Positions 19,409 to 31,100 of a stretch of 64,000 nucleotides of DNA are shown piece after piece. Positions within the stretch are counted from its first letter, which is position 1, and every line of letters starts with the position of its first letter. This DNA is from Parachlamydiales bacterium. GTDB lineage: Bacteria > Chlamydiota > Chlamydiia > Chlamydiales > JAJFMK01. A model generated the notes under the pieces. The model was given only the letters and a program-made list of their open reading frames with translations. It had not been told where the DNA came from and did no database searches. The stretch lies in NCBI GenBank assembly GCA_963765145.1, contig CAVXVG010000028.1, positions 1 through 64,000 on the forward strand, written 5' to 3'. A program made the position numbers and the translations under genes.

Positions 19409-19951
19409 ATGTCCCTCATTTTTAACGGCATCATTTTAAGAGTTACACCCTATAAAGAGCGAGCAGAAATTCTTCTGCTCTTCACTGCTGAGCTCGGTTT
19501 AGTTTCTGCCATCGTAAGAGAATCTAAAAAAACCCCTACACGATGGGTTGAACCTTTTGTGGTTGTGCGGGGAAAATTTAAAGAGCGGAAAGGAAACTTT
19601 TTCCAAATCGAAGAGCTTGATGGAACCCATTGGTTCTTAGGACTAAGAGAAAAGCCTTCAGCATTGCGCATGTTAAATTCCATCGTAAAATCGACTGCAA
19701 AAAAGGTCGAAATGGAATCCCCGGCCCCTTTGCTATACAAGCTTTTTCTAAAAATTGTTGAGGCGTTAGAAAAAGGAAGCGACCCCGAAACGATGGAGGG
19801 ACTGTTCCTAGTAAAATTAGCCCTACATGAGGGAATTTTGAGCGATTTAGGCGAGCCTTGGGTCACTAAAGCTGCCCAGGCCAGGAGCTTCTTAGAGGTG
19901 CCTATTATTCCAAAAAACCTTGTATTTGCCCTAAACCGACTGTTTTGCTAA
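19409..19951 (+). CDS. recO: DNA repair protein RecO
   Basis: N-terminal OB pattern GIILRVTPYKERAEILLLFTAELG and KLALHEGIL. Confidence 0.85.
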   Translation: MSLIFNGIILRVTPYKERAEILLLFTAELGLVSAIVRESKKTPTRWVEPFVVVRGKFKERKGNFFQIEELDGTHWFLGLREKPSALRMLNSIVKSTAKKVEMESPAPLLYKLFLKIVEALEKGSDPETMEGLFLVKLALHEGILSDLGEPWVTKAAQARSFLEVPIIPKNLVFALNRLFC

Positions 19952-19971
19952 CATACTCGTTTCTTTCTCAT

Positions 19972-20055
19972 GCGAAAGTGGCGGAATTGGTATACGCGCT
20001 ACTTTGAGGTGGTAGTGAGGGTTTCCTCGTAGGGGTTCAAGTCCCCTCTTTCGCA
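19972..20055 (+). tRNA. tRNA-Leu(GAG)
   Basis: GCGAAAG acceptor stem, GGCGGAATTGG D-arm, anticodon arm with GAG, long variable arm and GTTCAAGTC T-loop. Confidence 0.95.
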
Positions 20056-20096
20056 TCCTTTGTCTTCTATCCGACATTTATGTATGATCCAAACAT

Positions 20097-20875
20097 ATGC
20101 ATTGTTTTGGCTGCTGTACTGCTACTTCTTACGACATCAAAGCCCTATTCGATCACCTAAATCGAAAGGGTGAGCTACTCTCTATAAAGATGTCATCCAC
20201 ATCAAATTTAGAACCGGAGATGTTTTTTTCTTCGGCTATGGCGTCATTGTTTTTTGGGGTGTCAGAAAAGAGGATGAAAAAATTCTCACCGAAGAGGTTG
20301 AGCCTTACGAAGAAGAGGCCAACGATGAAATTGAGACCGATCGCTTTACCTATTATGTCTCTACAGACACAAAGGTCAAACATGATGAAATCATTCTGCC
20401 AAACCAAGACACCCTGACTTTGCTTGCAGTGTCTCACGCTTTGGCCCAATCGGTAAAGTTAGATACTTTCGATCTACGTCTAAGAAAAGCGTTCCGTTCA
20501 GTTAGCGAAATTCCAAAAGCGCTTGCTCAAACAGGACACATACGCCTTTCTCGAAGAGAAATCAGAAAAAAAATGGGAGAGCTGTTCATCGATCGCAGCA
20601 GCATCAACCTGCACCTCGACATTTTAGATACGCCCGACTTTTTCTACGAATTTCCCGAAACCGAACCCCTCTACATCATGTCCAGCCACTATCTAGAGCT
20701 AAAACAGCGGATAGAAGTGCTTAACCAACGTCTCGATGTGGTGCATAAGTTCTTCGAACTTTTAGGCAATGAGTTAAATCACCAACACTCAAGCCGCCTT
20801 GAGTGGATCATCATCATCTTGATCATGCTAGAAGTCTTGCTGATTGTGCTGACTAATATCCTTCATTGGATATAA
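20097..20875 (+). CDS. RMD1/DUF155 family protein, frameshifted
   Basis: SHALAQSVKL, LDTPDFF, RIEVLNQRLD and HQHSSRLEWIIIILI. Confidence 0.88.
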
Positions 20876-20891
20876 CCCTACCTCTGGCTTC

Positions 20892-23402
20892 TTAAACTAG
20901 TTCAAGGGACGTTTGAGTTAGCTCTCGGATGTACTGGATCAGCCCCTCTGGCTTGAGATAATTCTCCCAATGTTTTTTTTGCTCATCGTAAAGCTTAGTA
21001 ATCTTTGCTTTCATTGCATCTACTCGTTGCTGACTTTTGCCTACAATTGCTTGGTAGAGAAGCTGGATGTGCCGGCTTAATAAAGCATCACCATCACCTT
21101 GTTCAAGGGAGGTGGCTAAATAATTCTCAATCACAGCATGCTCATGCATCCTCGAGAAGTTCATTAGATCTTCAACCTGTTCGGAAAAACAAATTGACCA
21201 ATGGGTGATTACCTTTTCTTGAATTCTTTTTGCAGCTCCCTCTAGAAGGGTTTTCCATTGATTTTTAGTATTCCCCGGTGTGGTTAGAAGGGTGAAAGCT
21301 TGCTCTGCAATTTGTCTGTCTTTCAGAGGTAGCTTTGTGAAATCGGGCTTAGGTTTGTAGATTTTTCGAGTCCCTAAACTTTCAGACTTTTGGTCAAGAA
21401 ACGATTCGCTAACAGCCGCTTTCCTAAAGTTGTTTAAATCGGAGAAAAAAAGCTCTGTATAGCCAAAAGCATATTGCTCAACCGATACTCGGCAACTATA
21501 AAAGCGTTTGACGATGCCAGCTTTTCCTTCCCGTCTTTGATTGAGGTTTCGAAGTAGAAGCTCTTGAGCTGCAGACGTTGATATATCTACGTCCGGTAAT
21601 TCCAACTGCTCAAGCGAAAGTGCCATTTCAGATTCTCCTGGCTCCCCTTGCCGTCCAGCGCGCCCCCTCACCTGCCTTTCCGTCCGTAGTGAATCAGGGT
21701 GAAAAGTAAAATGGAGGAGAAGACCCCCATTCTGAACACTTTTTTTACTGAGCTTGACATTCGTTCCACGGGCAGCATTGAGAGTGGCAACAGTTAGGCT
21801 TGTTTCAAACCCAGCATTGTCGATAATTTCATCCTCACTTTTCTCCTGCACTTCATTCATCAATTCAAAAGATATCCCATGATCTTTTAACAGTTTGGCT
21901 ATAGTATTAGATTCTTTAATCGTTTCGCAAATGAGCAGCATCGGGCGCCCCAATGCTTTCATCTGCCTTGCACGCTGAATGGAATAATTTCGACGCTCTT
22001 CTGTCGTCCTAAAAATTCGATCTGGAAGATCGACCCGGATGGAGGGGAAGTGAGTGGGGACATCAAACATTTTGAATTGATAAAGCTCGTCAATCGTCTC
22101 TCTTTCGAGCGCCCCCCCTAAAGTTCCAGTAAAGCCTAGCTTTAGGGCAAATTTGTTATAAAAAACGGAGTGGGATAGGGAAATAGGACATAGAGATTCC
22201 TTTTCAACATCTATTCCATGCTTAGCCTCTAAAAACTCTTGGACTCCAGCTTGCCAGCGGGAATGATGTTGAGTTCTTCCCGATTTATCAACATCCACTA
22301 TCAAGATGCTTTTTTTCTTAGTTCCATCTGGTTGTTCTGACAGATCAACGACATAATCTTGACCCTCTTCTCTTTTAAAAAGCGCTGTATGTCCTGAATC
22401 CAGCCACTTATTTAAATCTGCATCAACTAATTTTTCGGCCTGTTCTTTATGCTGGCCCTTTTCGAATTCGATTAGAAACTTCTTTAGTTTATGTAAGGCA
22501 TTAGGTGGAAACGGATCGGTATGTAGCCGATTTTTGTAATGGGTTTGTATAAAATCTAGAATGAGAGGATAGACCCAGTCATTAGAAAACTCCTTTGGAT
22601 AACTGAGTCGCGCACTATTTAAAGCGGTGTCGACCGTCAGAAAGTCTGCTTCGTCTATCATAACAAAATCAAAGGTCCCTTCAAACAACACGGTACCATG
22701 CAGCATCTCTCTCATCACCGCAAATTCAAAGTCTGAAGTCGTTCCATAGAGAAGCTGGGCTTTAAATGTTTCTGCAGAAGGTTGATGATCACAGATGTGG
22801 CGTGTCTTCATTCCAAAAATTTTAAGGAAATTGACGAAAGCTTTTTGATCTCGGATAGATAATCCTTTTGCCGATGAGATGGAAGCCCCTTTTTTCCCCA
22901 GCATCAGAAGGACAAAAGCCCCTAACCCGTTGATCATCGATTTCCCCTCACCAGTCAACACCTGCCCTATAGCATGTGTTCGGATAGCAAGCAGAGCTTC
23001 GACTGCTAGAACTTGAGTACTATGAAGGTAGAGGTGAAATTTTAGCCTTAAAGCTAGTCGACCAACAGCAATTAGCTTCAGTAAATCTTCATCTGTTTTA
23101 TTTTCTTTTTTTCGGATCTCATTGGTTAAATCGACCAATTGTCCCATACGTAAGTTTTCCCATTGGCTGCAAAAATCTTGAACAATGCCATACCATTGCT
23201 CAATGGTATCAATCAAGTGTGGATCTAGAGGAAATTCGACATTGGGGTCTTTGATCTTCCCACTGAACCTATCGATGATCATACGGATGTCTTTCGATGT
23301 GTCGACGTGGGGAAGGTTTTCATCTGGTACCCTTTCTTCTAACCAATCAATGAAACAGATCCACGAGATCTGCCCATGAGAAAAGAAACGCAATTGTACC
23401 AT
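20892..23402 (-). CDS. Non-canonical SecA-like DEAD ATPase
   Basis: GQVLTGEGKS, IDEADFLTVD, SRWQAGVQEFLEAKHG, GFTGTLG, ATLNAARGTNVKL and RQVRGRAGRQGEPG correspond to the SecA motifs. Confidence 0.88.
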   Translation of the reverse strand: MVQLRFFSHGQISWICFIDWLEERVPDENLPHVDTSKDIRMIIDRFSGKIKDPNVEFPLDPHLIDTIEQWYGIVQDFCSQWENLRMGQLVDLTNEIRKKENKTDEDLLKLIAVGRLALRLKFHLYLHSTQVLAVEALLAIRTHAIGQVLTGEGKSMINGLGAFVLLMLGKKGASISSAKGLSIRDQKAFVNFLKIFGMKTRHICDHQPSAETFKAQLLYGTTSDFEFAVMREMLHGTVLFEGTFDFVMIDEADFLTVDTALNSARLSYPKEFSNDWVYPLILDFIQTHYKNRLHTDPFPPNALHKLKKFLIEFEKGQHKEQAEKLVDADLNKWLDSGHTALFKREEGQDYVVDLSEQPDGTKKKSILIVDVDKSGRTQHHSRWQAGVQEFLEAKHGIDVEKESLCPISLSHSVFYNKFALKLGFTGTLGGALERETIDELYQFKMFDVPTHFPSIRVDLPDRIFRTTEERRNYSIQRARQMKALGRPMLLICETIKESNTIAKLLKDHGISFELMNEVQEKSEDEIIDNAGFETSLTVATLNAARGTNVKLSKKSVQNGGLLLHFTFHPDSLRTERQVRGRAGRQGEPGESEMALSLEQLELPDVDISTSAAQELLLRNLNQRREGKAGIVKRFYSCRVSVEQYAFGYTELFFSDLNNFRKAAVSESFLDQKSESLGTRKIYKPKPDFTKLPLKDRQIAEQAFTLLTTPGNTKNQWKTLLEGAAKRIQEKVITHWSICFSEQVEDLMNFSRMHEHAVIENYLATSLEQGDGDALLSRHIQLLYQAIVGKSQQRVDAMKAKITKLYDEQKKHWENYLKPEGLIQYIRELTQTSLELV

Positions 23403-23406
23403 TACT

Positions 23407-24339
23407 TCATTGGAAAGAGAGACTTTTCGTCAATAAAATCTGAAGCAAATAGAGAGTGTGATTGATTTTGTCTAATTCAACGCATTTTTGTAGGTGTGGA
23501 GAGGATCGAAAAAGCGATAAAACCTCCTCTCCAAACGATTGCTCGATCTCCTCTGCTTTCTGTATCAATGTTTCAAGATCAACAAATGGGAATCGGAATA
23601 GAAGAGGGCGATCGGGATCTATTGTTGAAACAATGGCCAATTTCGACACTTCGATTTTTCCATTTTCACTTAGAGAAGAACGGTGTAACTCGGAAAAAAA
23701 TCGGCTGTAATCTCGCATATAGAGCCGTTTTCCCTCTGAAAGAGAGGCGAGGTATTGGATCGACCTGGATTGAAATTGAGGTAGGGAGAACCTTCCAGTA
23801 AGTAGCTTTTTCAATTGATCTGAAATATTTAAATTATCGGATTCCATCGGATGTGGAAGATGATTTCTTAACAGATATAACTGGGCTGTTCCCCCCTCTT
23901 CATAGGAAAGAAGATGGGCAATGACCGGCAATTCCTTAATCTCATTTGCGCAATCAAAAAAAGCACTTGTGATTTTAACAATTTCATCAAATGCGTAATA
24001 TTCGATTTTTGTTGTAGAAGCGTACTTAAAAAACGTCTCTCCTCCACCTCTAACGCATATGTCTAATACTTTTGTTAAAATCTGAAAGGATTCTCTTTCC
24101 CCTTTTAGAACTGTTAGCAAAAACCTTTGTAGGGTTATTCCATTTTCTAGATTCGAGCAAGCTTGTAAGATATCGAGCGCAAGCCGAGCAAGTTTAACAT
24201 CCTCAACATGAGGGGAACCGAGCAAACGATAACCAATGAAGCTTTGCAGGTTACAATTTAGTGCAACATAAGTATTTCTTTGCTCTTGAGTCAAATAGAA
24301 TTGAAAACCAATCTGACTTTGCCCTGTGAGGCTTACCAT
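23407..24339 (-). CDS. Hypothetical helical protein; possibly the N-terminal part of the SecA-like gene
   Basis: 310-aa ORF ending 4 bp before the SecA-like ATG. The two frames overlap over an AAAA/CTCTCT tract. Confidence 0.7.
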   Translation of the reverse strand: MVSLTGQSQIGFQFYLTQEQRNTYVALNCNLQSFIGYRLLGSPHVEDVKLARLALDILQACSNLENGITLQRFLLTVLKGERESFQILTKVLDICVRGGGETFFKYASTTKIEYYAFDEIVKITSAFFDCANEIKELPVIAHLLSYEEGGTAQLYLLRNHLPHPMESDNLNISDQLKKLLTGRFSLPQFQSRSIQYLASLSEGKRLYMRDYSRFFSELHRSSLSENGKIEVSKLAIVSTIDPDRPLLFRFPFVDLETLIQKAEEIEQSFGEEVLSLFRSSPHLQKCVELDKINHTLYLLQILLTKSLSFQ

Positions 24340-25173
24340 CTAATTGCCCTCTTGAGCCAGATGTTGATCTGGTCTTGCCGGCAAAAGAAACGGATTTCCA
24401 CTTATTCGTAATTCTTCGCTGGGAAACATCGCTTGAAAGATCTGATGCAGCTGCTGGAGCTGAAGGTACTTACTCTCACAAAATTCTCCCGTTGCTTTCA
24501 ACTTATTTAGGTCTATTAAAAGAACAGTACAAACATTGATGATCGTATTTTTAACATTCTCTAACCGTTGATTTTCATGGGTCTCTACCTCGTTTAGCCA
24601 TTTAATGCGATAGACACTCCCCACATTTTCAACATGTATTTTTACCGCATGCCTAGCACTAAAAAAACCTAACAGACCTGCTGCTATGACAGTACCAAGA
24701 GATGCACCAATAACAACACCACGTGTAATGACCACACGTGGACCGCCAAATAAGCTAATAGCAGCACCAACCCCTGCGGTCCCTGCCACGGCAATCACTC
24801 CACTTCCAAGAGCTGTTAAAGCTGTCCTCTTAGTTTCATTATCATATTTAACGACATCTGTTGCGGAAAGTAAACGCAACCGGTTTCTATAATGATCTAA
24901 GGCTCTTCTGAAATCTTCGTCCAAGAGGTGGATGATATCGCTAGAGATTTGAGCTGATGGAATACCTGCCATTGCAGAGGGAGGTCGCGAGGTCTCAGCT
25001 AATACGGTCATGATCCGCTCCATATCAAGTGTCTCCAATTGGGCATTTGAAATGCGCAGAACCTGCTTATCCCAATCTAATCCCCTTGGGACATCGTTAT
25101 TGTTGCCATTTCTAAGAAGTGCTAACTGCTGCCCTTGAAATTGATTCGTAATCACAGTGGATGAACTAAGCAT
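24340..25173 (-). CDS. Hypothetical membrane protein with a Gly/Ala-rich bilobed hydrophobic segment
   Basis: ALTALGSGVIAVAGTAGVGAAISLFGG...GVVIGASLGTVIAAGLLGFF. Its stop abuts the next ATG. Confidence 0.8.
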   Translation of the reverse strand: MLSSSTVITNQFQGQQLALLRNGNNNDVPRGLDWDKQVLRISNAQLETLDMERIMTVLAETSRPPSAMAGIPSAQISSDIIHLLDEDFRRALDHYRNRLRLLSATDVVKYDNETKRTALTALGSGVIAVAGTAGVGAAISLFGGPRVVITRGVVIGASLGTVIAAGLLGFFSARHAVKIHVENVGSVYRIKWLNEVETHENQRLENVKNTIINVCTVLLIDLNKLKATGEFCESKYLQLQQLHQIFQAMFPSEELRISGNPFLLPARPDQHLAQEGN

Positions 25174-25176
25174 TTG

Positions 25177-28100
25177 CTAGCCTGCCTTTACTAATAATTG
25201 TTTCATTAACTCATCTCTTGCGAGATCGGCTGGGCGTTTATTCCACTTATCGACACTGTCTGTTTTAGCTCCATGGCGAAGAAGGTGAAGTACAAATTCT
25301 TTTTTCCCAAGGGATACCGCTAAATGTAATGGGGTCCTTCCGTCACTATCTGCAACATTAATTCCATCTGTCGCATCGGTAAAGGTTAAAAACTGCAATG
25401 CAAGCATGTGGTTGCCGCGGATAGCAAGATGCCAAAAAGAGCTCCCCTCACTTGCAGATTCCAGCAAGAAATCATATGTTTTAAAAGTCTCAATTGTTTC
25501 TAGGTCGTTATCATCCACAAGATCAAAAGGGGTTTCTGAATTGAGCGAAAGTGCGGAAGAATTTGCTCCAAGGGCTAGGAGCAGCCGAACAACTTTTGTA
25601 TGTCCATTTTTAGCCGCTATATGAAGAGGAGTGTAAAGTCTGCTATCAGTTGATTCGACTGGAGCATTTTTCTCCAAAAGAATGAGCACATGTCCAATAT
25701 TTCCTGCTGCGGCTGCTAAATAAAGCAAGGTCTGCCCCCTACTATTAGTAGACGAAAGGTCGTAGCTAGCAAAGTCAAGCAACAATCTAAACTGCTCAAA
25801 AGATCCGTTGGCTGCAGCTATCTCCAGGGCATTTTCTCCTGTAGCTGAACGGTGATCGGGGTCAAGGCCCTGTTTTAAAAACCACTGTGTAGATAACAAC
25901 GAGCCAAAACGAGAGGCCAAGTGCAATCCGGTCTCTCCTCCTGCAACATCAATCCCGGTAGGAATGCCTCTTAAATACAGTTCTCTCACTGAATCAACAT
26001 TGTCAACCATTATTGCATGTGTTGCAGCTTTGCAAAGGGCTTCGGGCTGCACCGAGATAGTAAAAGGATAAAAATACGGCAAAATGGTTGTCGAAGCTTG
26101 ACTCATAGCGGCAAAGGCCAAGAGTTTTGGATCGTTCATTTGCCCTGGCTGTTGCTTAACAAGCCAATTGAAGGTTGCAGGTTGCCCACTCAATGCAGCA
26201 ACTTGTAAAAGTGACATGTCTTTATTCTCAGATTCATCCAGATCCATCTGATCCGCTAAACAAAAATCGGACAACTTGACTAAGGCTTTCAACGTTTGTA
26301 ATTTACCTGATCTGGCAGCGTTATGCACAGGTTTAAACCCTCGATTATCTAAAACCTCAAAAGACACTCCTTTTCCTGTTAAAAGACCAAGCACAACCGA
26401 ATTGCCTTTTTCTGCAGCCACGTGGACAGGCCGAATTCCTTCTTTAGTTGGTACGTCACACTTCACACCTTGGAGGATGAAAGTGCGGGCAAGAAGGGTG
26501 TCATCTTGTGCCAAGGCAATATGGAGCGGGAGAAGTCGCTCAATAGTTGCCGGTTGATTTGGATTTGCGCTGCCTTTTAAAAGAGCTTTTACATCTCCAA
26601 GTCGTTGAAGTTTAGTAGCCACCGAAAGCGGAGTAATGAGACGGAAATCCCAAACATTTGAGTTCACTTTTAAATCAACCAAAAGTTGGAGATTTTTTTC
26701 TTTTTTTCCTTCGATCGCATAAAAAACGGGAGTTCGACCTTCATGATCGATCTCTTCTAAATCTTCATGTCTTGCTGCGTGCAAAAGGTGTTCAAAAAAA
26801 GAGGCTTTTAAAAATTGAGCCCCTAAATGATAAGGAGTCTGACCTTTATGATTTTTTACTCTTAAGTCAAATGGAGTAAGAATTGAAGGCTGCACGTTGT
26901 AAATCACAAAATAATGAGCAAGTGTATTTCCTTTATAGTCCGGGATATTTGGTTTGAAGGTAGGGATAGTTCTCAATACATGATTGAGGAACAAAAGAGC
27001 TGTTTCTTCATTACATTCTGCAACAATGTGTTGAAGGAGCGTTCTTTGGATGCTTAAACCTATATTGTCGGTTCCACATGATATTTTTTCATTGATAGGA
27101 AGCTTTCTAATTGCGGCAGTAATGGCCTCTAAATTATTTTGTTTAACAGCATGAAGAAACTCTTTAACATCAACCGAATAGGCTTCAAATAGTCCATTCA
27201 AAACCTTAGAAACTCCTTGGTGTGGACCAGCAAACTGTAAAGGAGATTTTCCCTGTTTATTCACTGTTCTTGGGTTATAGCCTGCCATGCATAGCTGGTG
27301 GCAACAAGAGGCATGGCCATTCTCAGCACTATAATGGAGGGGAGTGTTGCCAAGAAAATCTTGTTCATGCTTTTCGCCTTTGGCAAGAAGCATCTGAAGC
27401 ACAGACTCTTGACCTGTTTGAGCCGCCAACAAGAGCGGAGTTAAACCATTTGTTGATACATAACTTGTCGATGCTCCTTTGGCAAGAAGTAAAAGAGAAG
27501 CTGGAAAATCGTAAGATTTAACTGCTTTAAAAAGGGCCTCCCCTAAAAGTTCGGGCTTTTTATTGTGAGCAATCAAAATCGATAGAATTTCTCTACTTTT
27601 TAGTGCAGCCAGAAAGAGAGACTGACTGGTCACTTCCATGTTGTAGGGGCTTTGAAGGAAGTGCAAAATAGTCTTAGCATCTTCCAACCGAACAAGATAA
27701 TCGATCGGCCTATACCCAGAAGCATCTTCGGCCTGAAAATTAGCCCCTTTCTTAAAAAGGAGCTCTAACAGATCTTTTGCACCTATTCTAGCAGCCAAAT
27801 GGGCCGGAAGTGACCCTTCCTTATCCAATACTTTGTTTGCAATCTCAACCGAATCATGTTCTATGATGAGTCGAGCTGCCTCTTCGTGCCCCTGTTCTAA
27901 CGCTCCACATAACAGATGCTTATCTCGGCAGTTGTTTTCTAAAGAGAGCCCGCCATTTTTCATCTGCTCAAGAAGGAAGCGTAAAACACGTTGGCTTCCA
28001 TTTTCGGCAGCAATATAGGCCAAAGTTTTATGTCCTTCTTTAGATAAGGGCTGTTCAAAGTCACCTGAGCTCGCTACATGAGCCCTAAATAAAAAAATTC

Positions 28101-31100
28101 CATCACATTTTGCTAGGTAATGGAGTGCGCACCAATCATTTGGCCCTTTGAGAGTTGAAAGATCGGCTCCTTTCGGAAGAAGAAAATTACTTATAGCTAG
28201 ATAATTACCGGCCTGAGCCGCAATCAGAAGGTATTCTTGTAGTTTTAAAGTGTCGAAAGGTGCTTTTTTAGCCACCTCTTCAAAGAGCGAGTCATAAGGC
28301 AGCTTGAGCAAGTCTTCTATCGATATTTTGCCTCCCTTTTCAACTAAAGCCTCAAGAAGTTCCCAAGCACCTAATTGGAGGGCCATTTGAGTAGGTGTTT
28401 CGTTTCCTTCATTCTTACCATTAACATAGATCCCTATGCTCTCTTTTTTAGCAAAATAGAGCGCGGCTGATATATTTCCATTCGCAATCGAAAGATGGAG
28501 GCAATTATCTTTGTAGCTATTTTTATAATGTAAAAGCTGACCTTCGAGGAGAGATATCACTTCAGAAGAACCACATTTTAGAGCAACTTCTTTATCTGTA
28601 TCGGAGAGGGCTATATGGCTTAAAAGCTCCCTTAAAACTGGAAGACAGTCTCTTTTGATGGCAATAGATAGTGCTGTAGTACCGTTCTTTTGTTTTACAC
28701 TAGGGATAGCCCCAAGTGTTATCAATCTTTTAACTAAATCTGGATTGTCGAGCTCACAAGCAAGCATCAAAGGGGTACCCCCTTCGGCACTAGATTCTGC
28801 TAAGCAGAAGCTTACAAAAACGGCGTTTTCTAAAATAGCCTCTGTTATGGCTATATTTCCTTCTTGAAGAGCAACGTGGAGGTCATTGTAACCGCTGGAT
28901 AAGAGTGTAGGAGTTGCCCCTGATTGAAGTAGATGCTTGACAATAGAAAAATGACCATGTTGAATAGCTACAATCATTGGAGTTGCGCCACTTTTGTTTT
29001 TTACATTTAGGTCTTCTCTTCTATACGAGAGTAGTGCCTGCACTACTTCGCTATTCCCCTCCATTGCAGCGTAATGAATTGGGCGATATCCTTGATGATC
29101 TTCCTCTGGAAAGGCAAATCCACTCTGGATAAAAGCTATGACATAAAAAGGGTCTCGAATACTCGCACCGTAGTGCATCAAAGATCTTCCCTCAAAATCG
29201 GTTATAGATGCCAACTCAGCTGTCAAATCTGCAAGAGCGGTCTGATCATTTTTCAAGATCGCCTCTTTCAGATGGAGGAACTTTTCTATTTTCCCCTGTT
29301 CAGGATGAGGAGTAAATAAGTGGGTTTTCATCCATTGGTAATTATCTGACAGATCCGCAGGAACATCTTCTAGCGATAGACGGAAAGCTAATGTTTTTGT
29401 CCCTTCTTGCCCATCGGTTTCAAGCTCCATCCAAGTTTCTGGTCTTGCCGAAAGCATTTCTTGCCAAGAGTTTTCTAAAATATCCGCAGCTTTTTTCGAC
29501 GGTTCTACCTCTATAGGCTGAAGCTTCAGTCCACAACCCCCAACGACTCTTCTATTGAATTGAGCTTCTTCAGGTGAAAGCTCTGAGATGAGCCTTGGTA
29601 TATTACATGTCAGCTCAGCACAATCTCTGACCTCATTAGGCAAAAACTTTTCTAAACGGTCAAGATGCTTTGTCGCTTCTTGATCTATGTATGATAAAAA
29701 TCCAGAATCGTTGTTGAGCCAGTTAGAGATTAGCAAATTCAGAGATCGACTAGGGTCATTATTAAAAGAATTTTCAAACGATTCTAAAACTCCCTTTTTA
29801 TAAAAACTCCTCGCTTCTTCATCAAATTTTAAAATCTCCCTATTTTTTTCAAGATGATGTCTTAGAGAGGGAACTACTCTACGGAGGGCGTCTTTTTCAA
29901 ACTCTATCTTGAGTTGCTCTATGATCTTATCTTGCTCATGAGCATGGTAACTTTGTAAATGGTTTTTAGAATCAAGACGTCCAAGACGTCTCTTATCTAA
30001 CATCCCTTCTTTGAGAAAAGCAACGATGGAAGATCGGTTTTTCTGCACCCAAGCTTTAATGACTTCATGAAGGTTAACTTGGATCGTTTCTGTACGTGTC
30101 GCACTAATCGGAAGATGGGGAAAAAGTGGAGGACAGCCTTTAATAATATCTCTTTGAATCGAGGGTAAAACTGGGATCTTCCGGTGTTTTTTTAAGGTTG
30201 AAAAGTAGCTCGAAAAAAAGCTGATGACACTGAGCATTGCAAAATATTTTTTGCAGATGGGCAATTTGACCATATGATCATGGATCCGTTTTGCCATCAT
30301 CTCGTAAGCAAACACCATATTTTGGTAAGACGGAGGAGGTGCGCCATGCCTTCTGATGTATTGCTCCATTTCTTCTTTATATTGAGGCGACGGTTCTATC
30401 GTATATTCAACGTCAAAGTCACCATTCACGATAAAAACAGGTCCCTCTTTATGGAGATTATTTTGCTTTGCAATGATCCGAAAAGAATTTTTAAACCCTT
30501 CGTACTCGGTTAGGACAGAAGTCTCTCCTTGGGAAAGAGCTCCGACGCTAACAAGCAATTTTTCAACTGCTTTTTCCCCTTTTCTAGCTAGGTTCTCAAT
30601 CCCTTCTTCTCGAAAAAGACCAACTCTTTCAACAAGCATTCTTAAAGAAACATACAGACTATCAGCGCCGGTTAAAGCCGTTTTGCAATAAGTACTAAAA
30701 TCAATCAAGCTTGCTAGAGCAAGAGCGGAGCGATTATCCCAATCGGGATTTTGATACCAGACGTCTAGGAGATCGTCTGCATATTCCCCTCCATTTAAAT
30801 ACCCTTTCATCTGGTGATCGAGCATCCCAATCGTGCGACCCACAAGCGTATTTTTATAAATAGGGTGAAGAACCGGGAAAAGGTCGTGATTTTTTTCTCT
30901 AAAGTGAAGGCTAAAGAAAGGAAAAGCTCCTTCGGCGTAAACTCCGATGGCAAGTTCTCTCAAAATTTGTTGCAATTCACCATTTGTAATAGACCCCTTC
31001 TCAAGCGTTGGAAAGCAGAAATAGTGATCCCCTTCAAAAAGAGATTCAGGTTGATCAAACAGGCCCTTTATATATTCAGTACTGCATGCGACACCCCCAA

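Noticed and set aside
20892..23402. Calling this gene the housekeeping secA
   Set aside because: Motifs are divergent (e.g. ATLNAARGTN), the termini are non-canonical, and the context is accessory.
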